From Sminthopsis crassicaudata (taxonomy: Eukaryota): 36,801 nucleotides of DNA. Position 1 is the first letter of the stretch. The number at the start of each line of letters is the position of its first letter. Below are positions 10,228 through 21,254 of the stretch, one piece after another. Where the stretch lies: assembly GCF_048593235.1 (NCBI RefSeq), contig NC_133620.1, positions 3,658,001-3,694,801 on the forward strand, given 5' to 3'. The notes under the pieces are model-generated. The model was given only the letters and a program-made list of their open reading frames with translations, had not been told where the DNA came from and ran no database searches. The translations under genes were made by a program, and so were the position numbers.

Positions 10228-10345
10228 ATATGAAGTGATTCATAAATTGTGCCTTAAAGGAAAATAAAGATTTAAAGAAGTAAAGGGAGAGGATGCTGGG
10301 TAAAGGAAGCTATCTATGCATTCCAGGGATGAGAAAAGCACACAA

Positions 10346-10375
10346 TTCAGGTCCTTAGAACCAAGACTGTATATG

Positions 10376-10423
<48 letters not shown>

Positions 10424-10476
10424 CAGGTCCTTAGAACCAAGAATATATATGTATTTATGCGTGTGTGTGTGTGTGT
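10346..10476. repeat. Tandem duplication of a 21-nt unique motif with (GT)21 and (GT)8 tracts
   Basis: TTCAGGTCCTTAGAACCAAGA at 10346-10366 and 10422-10442; (GT)n at 10381-10422 and 10461-10476. Confidence 0.95.
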
Positions 10477-11020
10477 CTTTGGACTGGATGCATATGGAAG
10501 GAAGTGAGTTGTGGTTTGAAAAATAGGCAACATTTGGATTAGGAAGATTTATAAATGTCCAAGAGACTGAATCTTATTCCAGGGTAATAAGAGTAACTGA
10601 AAAGCCTTTTGAAATCCTTATAAAATATTTGACTGTCGTCCACACAAATTCCTCTTCCCAGTAGCACCATATACCCGTGCTCTTTGCCTTGGGATTCCCC
10701 CCTCCCGAGGCCTTTAGCATCATCCCTCCAACTCTATTCTGCTTCAATTGCTTCTATGTTGCTATAGTATTGCAGAGAGGAGGGAAGATACCTGCCTGAG
10801 GCTGACAAGAGTTGTTCTGGGATCTAGGCCACTTTTCTACCTCGGAACACCAAGTTCCTGGATATCTGTCAAACTTACTCTGACCTACCCATTGTGAAAC
10901 ATTCCATTTGGAAATCTGAGGCATATGTTCACATCTTTAAAATGAGCTGGCACTTGTGAGCACAGACACACATGCACACACACTTCAGATGAAGCTACAA
11001 AAAAGGATTGAGGTTAACTC

Positions 11021-11052
<32 letters not shown>

Positions 11053-11067
11053 TGTGTGTGTGTGTGT
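11021..11067. repeat. (TG)n microsatellite with one interruption
   Basis: Read directly. Confidence 0.95.
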
Positions 11068-11969
11068 AGATGTACATTTGGGAGCATGGCTTATTTGTTT
11101 ATTTTGCAGACCATTGATCTGCTTTTCTATTCACAGTTTTTACTAGAGGGCATTGGTTAGAAACCTGTATACCTACTTTCAAAATGAACTGACCTAGAAA
11201 CCTTTCCTATATATTAAAACTGCCAGTTTAGACAGAATTCACCATTTTTCCAATGAACGTTGCTTAAGAGCTAGGAAACTATGCCCCCTCATGATCTTCC
11301 AGCTAAACCCCGCTTCTCTCCTTCTACATTCAGCAGTCTTTGCCTATCTGTCTCTCAGTCCATCATCCACTCCAAAGGCAGTCACATTTATTCTCCTCAT
11401 CTCTTACCTGTGTCTGGAGACCAAAATTTAGTTGCTTTCCAAGATAAATAGACATGACATGTGTCTATTTCTTTAATATGCTATCTCTTTAATTCCCCTG
11501 CTTTTTTCCTTACGTTTTATTGACTACCCTTCAACATTTATCCTGTTACACCATAATGTACCAAATGCCTCAATCTTGCTCCCCTGCTACACGCCATGTC
11601 ATGGAAGATGAGGTCTTAGCCAGAGATTAATTGAAATGTATTCCATGGACATTTTCCTTCAGCTCATTTCCGTCCTTTTCTAAGCAACCCTCTTTGAGCT
11701 GTCTCTCCGAGTGTGATGGGACTATATGAATCCGACTTGGCTAACCTTAACCATTTGAAAGGGAAAAAAGTCAAATACTAATTAATTACTCCAACTTCAA
11801 TCTTCACAGATTTATTTGAGATGATTTCTTTTTTTTTCCTTTCCTACCCAAATTTATCTACATCTGTGAAAACACAAAATAGGGTGAGAATCCCCACTCT
11901 CTTTTGACAGACATAAGAAAATGTTCCTTTGAAAAGCCTTTCCCCATCCCAGAAATCCTGTGAACATTC

Positions 11970-12080
11970 AGTGCATAGTCCATCTTTTGGAGCCTGTTAT
12001 TAGACTAAAACCCCTGCTCAAATGGATGTTTTAAATACATAAAATAAAATGCAATGCATCAGAAAAGGGAAATAATGGAA
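11970..12080. mobile_element. hAT-Charlie remnant, same family as 7425-7628
   Basis: CCCCTGCTCAAATGGATGTTTTAAATACATAAAATAAAATGCA parallels CCCTTTGCAGAATAATGTTTCAAATGCATAAAATAAAATACA at about 7470-7515. Confidence 0.5.
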
Positions 12081-12180
12081 TAAGTATTTTAAGCAGTTAC
12101 TCTGTGCCAAAAGCTGTGCTAAGCTCTTTGCAAATTTTATCTCCTCTGATGTCCACAACTAACCTGTGAGGTAGGTGCTA
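12080..12180 (-). mobile_element. MIR 3' end (antisense)
   Basis: TATTTTAAGCAGTTACTCTGTGCCAAAAGCTGTGCTAAGCTCTTTGCAAATTTTATCTC..CCTGTGAGGTAGGTGCTA. Confidence 0.75.
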
Positions 12181-12269
12181 AGGATCACTAGGGGAAAAAA
12201 ACTGAAATAAAGTCATAATAATGTTTTAAAGAAACAAATTCTAGATTTAAAACAAAATACCCTGACTAA

Positions 12270-12440
12270 GAGGGATCTCAGAGACAGTTTAGTCTATTTC
12301 TATATTTTACTTATGAGCAAACAGATGGCCGGAGAGGTCATTTTGTCAAAAGTTACACAGTTAGTAGACAGCTTATCTGAGATTCACTTCTATACCTTCT
12401 GACTTCAAAGTCTGTCTCAATTTCTACTCAACCATAACCA
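12270..12440 (-). mobile_element. MIR/MIR3 SINE
   Basis: ATTTTACTTATGAGCAAACAGATGGCC..AAAGTTACACAGTTAGTAG..CCTTCTGACTTCAAAGTC. Confidence 0.6.
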
Positions 12441-12819
12441 TTCTTCTGGCTGGACCTCCATCATTATACAGTCTATCAATCAGAGCAGGTATTTGGGATA
12501 AAGTCCTTTTCTGGGACCTTGTTGTAGAATGGAATGGACCCTGGTTCTCTGTGGTTATGGTAGTAAAATACATGCCATTTCCACCATACTTGCAGGGTCA
12601 AAACTGCCGTCTGTTGCCCTGAACTGTCCTGAGTTTCCAAAGTTTATAACCCATTTGGTCAGGGATTATTAGATCATCTAGCAACTGTAGCTGTCAAAAT
12701 CATCTCTCAGATCATTTGGAATTTGCTTTGGTGAAAAGACACCTAAAATAATAAAATTAGAGATAAAATCCTCCTCTTCCTCCTACAACTACTACTATTA
12801 TGATTAAGATGAGGATTGG

Positions 12820-12975
12820 CTCCTATTAATATGGCACATGAAAATTTGCAAAGCATTTTATATATAATATTTCATTTGATCCAAGATAACACCTCCATGA
12901 TTATAATCTGCCAGAATATCCATATATCCATATTTTACAAAAGAGGAAGCTGTATCCTAGATGAATATCTTAATT
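12820..12975 (-). mobile_element. MIR SINE fragment
   Basis: GCAAAGCATTTTATATATAATATTTCATTTGATCC..CCATATTTTACAAAAGAGGAAGCTG. Confidence 0.65.
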
Positions 12976-13399
12976 CCTGGTATAGAGTACTTTGTTCATG
13001 TCGTCATTCATTCATTTGTTAACTCATTGGATCACTTGATGATTTTTTCATGCCAGAATGGTTTAATAGTTTTTATATGTATGTGTAATATATATGTGTG
13101 GGTGTGTAGAAATATGGAAATGGGTGCTGAGATGTCAAGTTTGGGATTGAAAAGCACAAGAAACTTTAAAATGCAGTCTGGTGTCAGTCATATTATGAAG
13201 TCTCAAATGTCAAATGGCATTTTCCTAAGGACAATGAGCATCTTCAGAGGAGCAGGGATGTGCTCATGCTGTGCTTTTGGAAGAGTATTTTGGCAGTTCT
13301 AGTGCAGTTGGTTCCCTTTCTCATTCCCCACAAGGATGATTCTGAGCCTTCTTTACTTTTCAAGCTTCCCACACCTGCCACTTCACATGTCTTTGAAGT

Positions 13400-14030
13400 T
13401 AGGACATTAGCTCTTACTTTACTGAGAAATCCTGAGGCAATTTCAGTTCTTTTTTTTTTGTTCTTTTCTTCATTTCAAATCCCCTTGGATTCATCTTCTG
13501 TCCTCCTTTCCAATGTCTGATAATGAGTTAGGGACCAATCATCCATATATTTCTTTCCATCTTCTCCAGCAAAATTATATCTCAATATTCCTTCTTCCAC
13601 TTTCTAATTGTCCACCTCTTATCTTACGTCCCCACTTCAAACATAGCCAATCTTCTCCCATGCTAAAACACAAAGAGTTTTCAGAAGACATTATCATCTC
13701 ATTCAAACTATAGTCCTAAATCGCTCCTCCCTTTCTCAACCCTTTTTCATAGAAAAAGTTCTCTACCCTAATTGCATCAGCTTCCTCTCCATTCATTCTT
13801 CTATCCTTAGGAAATTGGGTTTCTCCCTCAATTCTAAATTGATAATCTCCCCAAAGATATCCAAACTTCTCTCCTTTCCCCAATCTGATGACGTTTCCCA
13901 ATCTCCATCTTTTTAAACCTGTTATATTTGCTTCATCTGACCTGAAGGCAGTGCATATCTGAGCTTTCATAACAATACCACCTCCTGATTTTTCCAGGTG
14001 GCCCTGATTATTCCTTAGTGAATCATGAGC
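13400..14030 (+). mobile_element. L2 LINE ORF2 (RT N-terminal region), decayed
   Basis: Plus-strand peptides FKHSQSSPMLKHK and NYSPKSLLPF..EIGF correspond to L2 motifs YKHAxVSPILKK and NYRPISLLPF..QSGF; pyrimidine-rich L2 composition. The 122-aa antisense ORF at 13716-14084 is a by-product. Confidence 0.75.
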
Positions 14031-15334
14031 TCCAGCTGATCCTAATAAGGCAAAGAAGCTTGCCTGACTATTTTTGAGGATCAACCTAGAGATCAGAAGT
14101 CAGAGAAACAGAGAGGCAGCAGATTGTCCACAAAGCAAAGTATACTAAGTCCTAATGCTGTACAATTTCTCCTTCTAGCTGGAAGTATTATTATGCACAG
14201 AGATTGGAGCAGATCTAAGTAAGGTGAAAAAAATTACAGGAAATGTCCAGGTCAATTGCTAAGATAATTTCATGTTATTCTAACTTTAAAGTCTAAGAGG
14301 AAACTGCATTGTCTTTTAGACAAGAAGTTGGTGGAGGTCATTTTGGTAATGATACTCCCTCATAAAGATGCATCATATTGTTACTGATCACCAGCTGAGC
14401 CCGGATGCTGTGCTGTGGGCCATGTAGCATTATCATATTAAACTAAAAGATTAAATCACAAATACATGAGAAAAAACACACATAAAAACAAAAGCATGAA
14501 GCATTTATTTAGCCTTAACTTGTTTAATATTTGGTTTCTTCTGTTCTATTTTTTGTGACTGTAAGGCTGAAAAATCAGAGACAAAACACCGGCATCCAGG
14601 GTATCAATGTAAAGTGCCTTTTTTTCCTTTGTAAATATTACAAATTGTTTACTTATCAAGTCAACTGGGAACCATGCATCGGTACCCATGACACTTTAAA
14701 GATTCTAAAAAGAGATTTTGAAATGGGTAGATCCTAGGTTACACTTTGTATGTAGGCACTCAGTATTTTTTTTAACAAATAGAGAGTGTTAAGGTTTACT
14801 TCTTATAAGACAGAATGGTGGATGAAGGGCCAGAGTGGCAAGAGAGTTACCACTAGCATGGAAATTTCAGAATTATTCCTCTGTCACAAACACGTGTGGC
14901 CCTGCCATAATGAGAGGGCTAGTGAAGAAGGGGTACTGGGAGAACTTAGGCTTCCCAACATTCAGTGTTAATTCAATAGATTGTTATAATAGTTGAACTT
15001 TGCTTTTATGTTTTGGGCAACTAACCATGATTGTTCTAACTCTTAAAAGCAATTCCTTTTTTGTTTTTGTTTTTCTGAGACGAGTTCGGGGCTAAATGCT
15101 TAATTTTCTATGTCATTGCTCACAGGACATAGAACTATTTCTTTTCATAATATTGCATAAATTTCCTCTACTGTCACACTGTGAGATTGTTGTTTTTATT
15201 TGACTAGAGCAATAATTATCCATCTAATCTCTCAGCTTCTAGGTCTCCTTGAAATAATGCATAATGTTGGAATGCCTGAATCTTCCATTCAAGACTTTGC
15301 CAAATTAAGAACACACTTACCTAGGAAGATGATT

Positions 15335-15810
15335 GTTGTTGTTATTGTTGTAAAACCTTTGTTCTAGGAGGACCATGACATCAGGGAGGTCATGCCATAA
15401 GATGAAAACAAATTGGATTAAAGTGAGGGATCCCTAGGAAAAAGCATCAGTCTCATTGTCTCCTCCAGAGTCTTCCAAGTTCAGGGGCCAGATAGAGATG
15501 AGGATGACTGGACATGGCCCTGGATTCAGTGAGAGACTCCGGTCCTTTTAAACTAAGGTCTTCAACACCCAATCAATTAATAAGGATAAGAAATGGAGCC
15601 AAGAAGGACTTCTTTCACCCAGTTTAAAAAATAACAAAAAAAGAACAACAAAACCATCAATGTGGGAGGGAAAAACTTTCTGGGCTTCTGGCCAAAACAA
15701 AAACAATTCTTATTTACATTAATTCAGGGACAATCAGGGTCCAAAAAATGACCAAGTCGGATTTAGCCTGGGAGCTGTTGTTGGACACCGAGGGCCAGAG
15801 TTGAAGGCTT
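15335..15810 (-). mobile_element. RTE-tailed non-autonomous marsupial retroelement (WALLSI/RTESINE class; exact family uncertain)
   Basis: (TTG)n tail, then GTTCTAGGAGGACCATGACATCAGGGAGGTCATGCCAT..AATTGGATTAAAGTGAGGGA..GGATGACTGGACATGGCCCTGGATTCAGTG (antisense RTE-type 3' end) and the body TTCTGGCCAAAACAAAAACAATT..CAATCAGGGTCCAAA. Confidence 0.65.
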
Positions 15811-15924
15811 GATCTCCCTCATGCCCTGATCCTCTTCAAGAAGGAAGGATAAATAAGGAGTTCTGTGTACAGCGAGCTGGCCCACAGGGGACCAAACTGG
15901 AACTGGCTACTTGGACATCGCATG

Positions 15925-16385
15925 TCTTTTCTGTTTTCTCTCTTTCCTTCTCTTTCCTTCTCTTTCCTTCCCTTTCTTTCCCTTCCCTTGCCTTCTCTTC
16001 CCTTGCCTTGCTTTCCCTTCCCAATTATGTTGAAATGCAATGATCTTTTTTAAAGGGAAAACAACTTCTTTCCCTTTCCTTCACTTCACTTATCTTCTCT
16101 TCTTTTGTCTCTTCTCTTTGCTTTGCTTCTCTCTTATTTTTTCTCTTCAATCTTCACTTCTCTCTTCTCTTTTCTCATCTTTTCTCTTCTTGTCCCTTTC
16201 CTTCCCTTGTCTTCCATTCTCTTCTCTTTTCTCTCTTCTCTTCATTTCTCTCCTCTCCTCTCTCCTCTCTTTGTTTTTATCTTGTCTTCCCTTTTCTTGA
16301 CTTCTTTCTTCCCTTTCCTTCTCTCTTCTCTTTTCTCTTCTCCCTTCTTTTTGCTTCTTTTTTCCCTTCGCTTCCTCTTATTCAC
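15925..16385. repeat. Low-complexity polypyrimidine tract (TTCCC/TTCTC units)
   Basis: Read directly; explains ORFs at 15819-16389. Confidence 0.95.
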
Positions 16386-16429
16386 CTAGGTATGTAACAT
16401 TAATTAATGAATACCAAGACATAGTTTAA

Positions 16430-16600
16430 ATAAGGAATAAATGATTTCAAATCCAGCCTCTGATCCCAATAACAGTTATACCATGTGTATGGTATGTAAC
16501 TTTTCCAAGGCTCAGCTTCCTCATTCGTCAAAAAAGAGAAGGGAACAGTTCCTTTGCACTTTAATTCACGAAGTTGTCACAAGGTTCATATGAAACCTAA
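16430..16600 (+). mobile_element. MIR SINE
   Basis: TTCAAATCCAGCCTCTGA..GCTCAGCTTCCTCATTCGTCAAAA..GTTGTCACAAGG. Confidence 0.6.
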
Positions 16601-16789
16601 GCCATGTTGTGAAGCAGATCATTCTTCCAATACACAAAATGCTCTTTAGAAGGAAAGGAGAAACTGTGAGTCTGCCTCTATGATTATCTTTGGCCTAGAA
16701 AAGACGGCAAAATAATCCTTTATTAAATTAAAATGATGGCTTTTAATAAAAAAAAAGATTAAATTACCCAGAAATTGCGTCTCTTGAAC

Positions 16790-16945
16790 CTTTGTAAATA
16801 CCACAGCAAGGATATTGGAGAGGTTTGCCACTTCTTTCTCCAGATCAGATGAAACAATGGAAGCAAACAGACTAAGTGACTTGTACAGGGTCATATAGCT
16901 CTTAAGTGTTTGAAGCCAAATTTGAACTCTTTTCTTCACAACCAT
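16790..16945 (-). mobile_element. MIR SINE
   Basis: CAGATGAAACAATGGAAGCAAACAGACTAAGTGACTTGTACAGGGTCATATAGCT..AAATTTGAACTC. Confidence 0.7.
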
Positions 16946-17119
16946 GTAGTATAATCATCAAAAAAAGTAAATGGGAGTGCAGGTCACATTGATAAAAGAA
17001 CAAGGGAAAGGATAACTGTCTCTCCTTTCAAATCAGCCTTGGTTGTTGGTTCTGAATGCTCCCCTTCCTAAGCTACATCAGTATCTAGGGCTGCACTTGG
17101 AAAAGGAGAGAATGTGAAG

Positions 17120-17420
17120 ACTTGAAACCATTTTATCTGAGAGAGAATTGAAAGCATTGCAAATGTGGAAGCTATAGAAGAGGAGCTTAGGAGGAATATG
17201 ACAGAAGTCAAAGACACATGTCATCCAGTATCTGAAGGGCTGTCATACATAACAGAGATTAGTTTCTGCTTGACTCCACAAGGGAATATTAGAACTATCG
17301 AAAGCCAGCTACCTGGCCACAAATTTAGTCTCCACGTCCGGAGGAACTTTCTAACAATGAGAGCCACCAAAGGGTTGGGAGAGTAGGGATGCAGCTTTCT
17401 TCATGAATACCAAAAATACC
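17120..17420 (+). mobile_element. L3/CR1 LINE 3' coding end
   Basis: Peptide FCLTPQGNIRTIESQLPGHKFSLHVRRNFLTMRA (ORF 17165-17386) follows CR1 FCLAPEGRTRSNGWKLQRGRFRLDVRKNFLTIRA. Confidence 0.75.
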
Positions 17421-18149
17421 TTCCTTCAGCAGGGAGTTTAGGGGCTTAAGATCACTTAAGAGAGGGGTGGCTCACAAAATCCTGTTCAAATCTTGAAATC
17501 TTTGATTTTCCTACTGGGTAATTAGTTCATCCAACAGTTATATATCTTATTTTCTCAATGAAAGTCACTAATGGGACTGAAGGCCCAAATAAATCAACTT
17601 TCAAGTGCTTTCCCATGGACCTAAAAATGCCAGTCCTTTGGAGTTTTTTCAGTGAGTTTTGTCATTCAGGGATGTTTTTGTCTGCCTGGGTGCTCTCTCC
17701 TTTTTCCCTTGTTTATAGGACAAGAGATTTAAAGGTAGAGAGGAGCTTAACAGCTGTGTTCAGAATCTCCACATCCTGCTTTCTTAAGGGCTACCCTATA
17801 CAGTCAGCAGCTGTGTGAAGAGCTGTGTCGTGTGCTTATATTTGTGTGTGTGGTGTGTACGTGCATGGGTACTGATCCCAATTAATTATTAATTGATCTC
17901 TAAGGTTGGCCAGAATTGTCCACTGATTATCTAATTTTGTTATGTTATACATTACATTCTTCCATTTTGGTGATGGTGTTGTGTTATGACATTGAACGAT
18001 TTTAGGTATATTATAATTATTATTAGGTATACTATCTTATCCTACCCCTAAATCTGTCATATCATGTCAAGTCATTATAACATGTACTAATAGCATGCTG
18101 CTGTGCTGTGCCAGCCTACGGTCAACTAGACTAGTTTATGAAGAAAAGG

Positions 18150-18350
18150 GGAAAGCAACATGGTGGAGTAGATAGAAAAGCCACCTGAAAGAAAACAAAG
18201 AGACCTTGCCATAAGTTCGGCCCAACATAGATTGGTTATTTTGTCCTAAAAAGATGTTTAGTATCTCAGTGCTTCTCTGAAACTCCCTAAGAAAAAACCA
18301 TACCAATATGTATTTGGAAGGAGGTTCCCATGTCAAGGAAATCACAAATC
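18150..18350 (+). mobile_element. Degenerate CORE-SINE-like element with an RTE-type tail
   Basis: GCAACATGGTGGAGTAGATAGA head..ATAAGTTCGGCCC..; tail TATTTGGAAGGAGGTTCCCATGTCAAGGAAATCACA. Family not assigned. Confidence 0.4.
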
Positions 18351-18357
18351 TGGGGGG

Positions 18358-18533
18358 GAAAGAATGAAAGAAAAAGAAAAAGAAACAGAGAGAAAGATAC
18401 ATAGTGAGGATAGATAGATAGAAATATATAAAGATAGATAGATGAACGGATGGACAGATAGATGATAGAGCAATAGATTGATAGAAAAGCAAATGCATGG
18501 TAGGTAGATAGGAAGAAAAAAACAGGTAGACAG
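18358..18533. repeat. Purine-rich / (GATA)n degenerate microsatellite abutting a gap
   Basis: GATAGATAGATA..GATAGATAGATG units. Confidence 0.9.
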
Positions 18534-18772
18534 NNNNNNNNNNNNNNNNNNNNNNNNNNNNNNNNNNNNNNNNNNNNNNNNNNNNNNNNNNNNNNNNNNN
18601 NNNNNNNNNNNNNNNNNNNNNNNNNNNNNNNNNNNNNNNNNNNNNNNNNNNNNNNNNNNNNNNNNNNNNNNNNNNNNNNNNNNNNNNNNNNNNNNNNNNN
18701 NNNNNNNNNNNNNNNNNNNNNNNNNNNNNNNNNNNNNNNNNNNNNNNNNNNNNNNNNNNNNNNNNNNNNNNN
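18534..18772. other. Assembly gap (239 N)
   Basis: Run of N. Confidence 0.99.
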
Positions 18773-18799
18773 AATTGTTAGATAGTAGCATGTCAACAT

Positions 18800-19000
18800 G
18801 AATAAAATGATAACTCCTTGGAGAGTAGGATTCAAATCCTGCTTCCTACTCAGATATGCAGCAAGGGGCTGCAGAATAACTGATCTGTACTCTATGAAAG
18901 TCTCTGAGATGATATGATTGGTCCTGTGCTTATCTGCACAGGTGGAAGAAGTCTCCCCACCAAATGTCCCAATACTTGAGAAAACCTTAGGCCTGAATCA
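18800..19000 (+). mobile_element. Degenerate SINE-like element with a tail similar to 18150-18350
   Basis: GGATTCAAATCCTGCTTC; tail ATCTGCACAGGTGGAAGAAGTCTCCCCACC..GAGAAAACCTTAGG. Confidence 0.35.
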
Positions 19001-19447
19001 TACATGTATTCTCCCTTCACAATCCTAGATGCCTTTCATCTTTCTCAGTTTATTAGAAAAACCCTCACATCTCTGATTTCTAGTTAGCTATTAGTCAAAG
19101 AGGAATGTCTGAACAGACCACAGAAATATCACTGACTTTAGTTATTTTATTTAATTGGAGACAAAAATGTTCTGGTTTTGCAAACAAATGTTAATTTGGT
19201 GATCATTATGTGGATTTTTGCTCATAATTTCATGTAAAATTAGTCACTCAAAGAACATGTTTTAAATCTGTGAATGCAATGCATGAAGCTAATTGGCCAA
19301 GAGTGAATTGTGAAAGTGATCAAGCCAATTATTCTATGTCAGCTATTGCACATCAAATGTAATTTTCCTTTTTAGAGTCCTCCAGACAGCAATAATACTA
19401 AAATATTGCATCCATTTGGAATTTAGTTCACAAAACTGTCACATAGG

Positions 19448-19504
19448 CAGGGTGTCCCAAAAGTCCTACTGTAGTTCTATTGAATTAAGATTTGGGGGGC
19501 ACTG
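19448..19504. mobile_element. Possible collapsed Tc1/mariner MITE (degenerate hairpin)
   Basis: CAGGGTGTCCCAAAAGTC left end resembles a TcMar TIR; the right end is an 11/18 inverted match; no TA flanks. Confidence 0.4.
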
Positions 19505-19549
19505 CTTTATCTTATTTATCCACACAGCTATTTAAAACCCCCATACTTG

Positions 19550-20000
19550 CCAAACTCCAGTGGCTTGCTAGGTCCTATAGAATTAAAAAAAAACAAAACT
19601 TCTGTATTTGAAATGTAAATCCCTCAGTGACCTGACTCCAGCCACCTTTGCCACCAACTTCCACAGTCTATGACCCATCTTTCCTGAGCTTCTTGCTGTT
19701 TTGCCCACATGATATTCTATTTCTCATCTCCAGGCTTTGGAATTAACTGTCCCCAGTGCCTAGAAAGCTCTCTCCTCCTCACCTCCACCTCTTACTTTCC
19801 TCTGGTTTCCTTCAAACTCAGATTTTTCTGCATAAGGTTTCCACATACACATGGAGAGCCGATGTTGACACCTTCCCAACTATTACGCTCTGTTTGGTTT
19901 CCAAATGCTGAATATATACCTTTGTGTTTACATGTTGTCTCTACCGTTAGAAAGTATGTTTCTTGTGGGGAGAGAATATTTCAGTTTTGTCTTTTTGTCA
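19550..20000 (+). mobile_element. L2 LINE 3' region
   Basis: AAACTCCAGTGGCTTGC..CCAGGCTTTGG..GTCCCCAGTGCCTAGAAAGCTCTCTCCTCCTCACCTCCACCTC..CATGTTGTCTCTACCGTTAGAAAGTATGTTTCTTGTGGGGAG. Confidence 0.8.
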
Positions 20001-20004
20001 TAAG

Positions 20005-20226
20005 TGGGTATCACCCTCACCCAGCATCAAGAAGACCATCTTCCTCAATTCAAATACGTCCTCAGACATTAAGTCTCTATGTGACCCCGGGCAAGCCACT
20101 TCACCCTACTTGCCTCAGTTTCGTCATCTGTAAAATGAGATAGAGAAAAAAATATATGGTAACCACTCCAGCCTTTCTGCCAAGGAAATCTCAAATGAAG
20201 TCATGGATGAAATGACTGAACAACAA
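20005..20226 (+). mobile_element. MAR1 marsupial CORE-SINE
   Basis: Core GTGACCCCGGGCAAGCCACTTCACCCTACTTGCCTCAGTTTCGTCATCTGTAAAATGAG plus BovB-like tail GGTAACCACTCCAGCCTTTCTGCCAAGGAAATC..AATGACTGAACAACAA. Confidence 0.85.
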
Positions 20227-21174
20227 GTCCACAACACAGAGGCAGAAGGCACTAGAAAAATGCTTGCTTGCTTGAAGTAGATCTTGAAACCATGGTGATT
20301 ATAATCCTGTAGGTAGCCATACATGATGCTCCTTTATTTAGCAAGGTTTCTATTGAAAGAGAATTTAGACTCAGTCACCACAGGGCAGACACATGGATCT
20401 TAGATTTACTCTGCAACATTGTCCCACCGCCATCATCCTCAAATGGATTCTGTGCTTCCTGTACGCTATGCTGGGATTGCAGAGTGTCATGGGACCTGAA
20501 GTGGAGCCAAGCATAGACATACTCTTTGTATTCATGATGGTATTCTAGAGAGAACCAACATGCACAGGCCCAGGAAACAATCAGCTATGGAAACAGCTTG
20601 GAACATAACTTCACCACAGCTGAGCCAAGGCAATCCTCCCTCAGGCTTTTATGTCTACAGTAGCCTAAACATTATGCCACAAAACTCACACCACAGGGGC
20701 TGGCATGATCATTGTACATCAACATCACTGCAGACTGAGCCTAGTTTAAAACTCTCTTTATGTATGAAGGAAAAGATATTACTTCTCAAAGTAAAACTCT
20801 AGAGGGTGAACCAGCTGTGCTCTTCTGACCCTATTCCCACTGCCAATATTGAGGTCGCTCTCCATTTCTTTCCTCCAGCTTAAAAACATGGAATATTCAA
20901 TTCCAAGTTGGAAGCCCACCCTTGTCTTGCATTCTGGAACTACGTTTCTCGGGATTTTCTGTTGGGTTAATTCCTATGTGCAGCCTAAATTGCAGGGTTC
21001 CAAACTCAACATGGTCCTATACTCTACTCTCTGACCCTAAAAACTGTTTAAAACAAGCAAACAGACAAACAAAAAAACCAAAATTATTTATTCAAATAAT
21101 GGAATCTAATGGGAGGGGATGGTACCCTTCCCCACTCCTTTTAGTGTATAGTTCCCCTGCTGTGTGTGTGAGAG

Positions 21175-21192
21175 ACAAAAGAAAAGAAAGGA

Positions 21193-21254
<62 letters not shown>

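Noticed and set aside
10346-10442. Direct repeat plus spacer as a CRISPR-like array
   Set aside because: Only two copies, the spacer is a microsatellite, and the context is eukaryotic
10879-10920. Minus-strand donor AGA|GTAAGT with a short upstream exon candidate
   Set aside because: The acceptor lacks a polypyrimidine tract and the peptides are not recognisable
13716-14084. 122-aa minus-strand ORF
   Set aside because: Antisense of a decayed L2
15819-16389. Several F/L/S-rich or K/E/R-rich ORFs
   Set aside because: Translations of the polypyrimidine tract
18136-18835. Long ORFs of 120-182 aa
   Set aside because: Produced by GATA repeats and read-through of N-runs
19709-20143. 144-aa ORF
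   Set aside because: Spans the L2 3' region and MAR1 with no domain similarity
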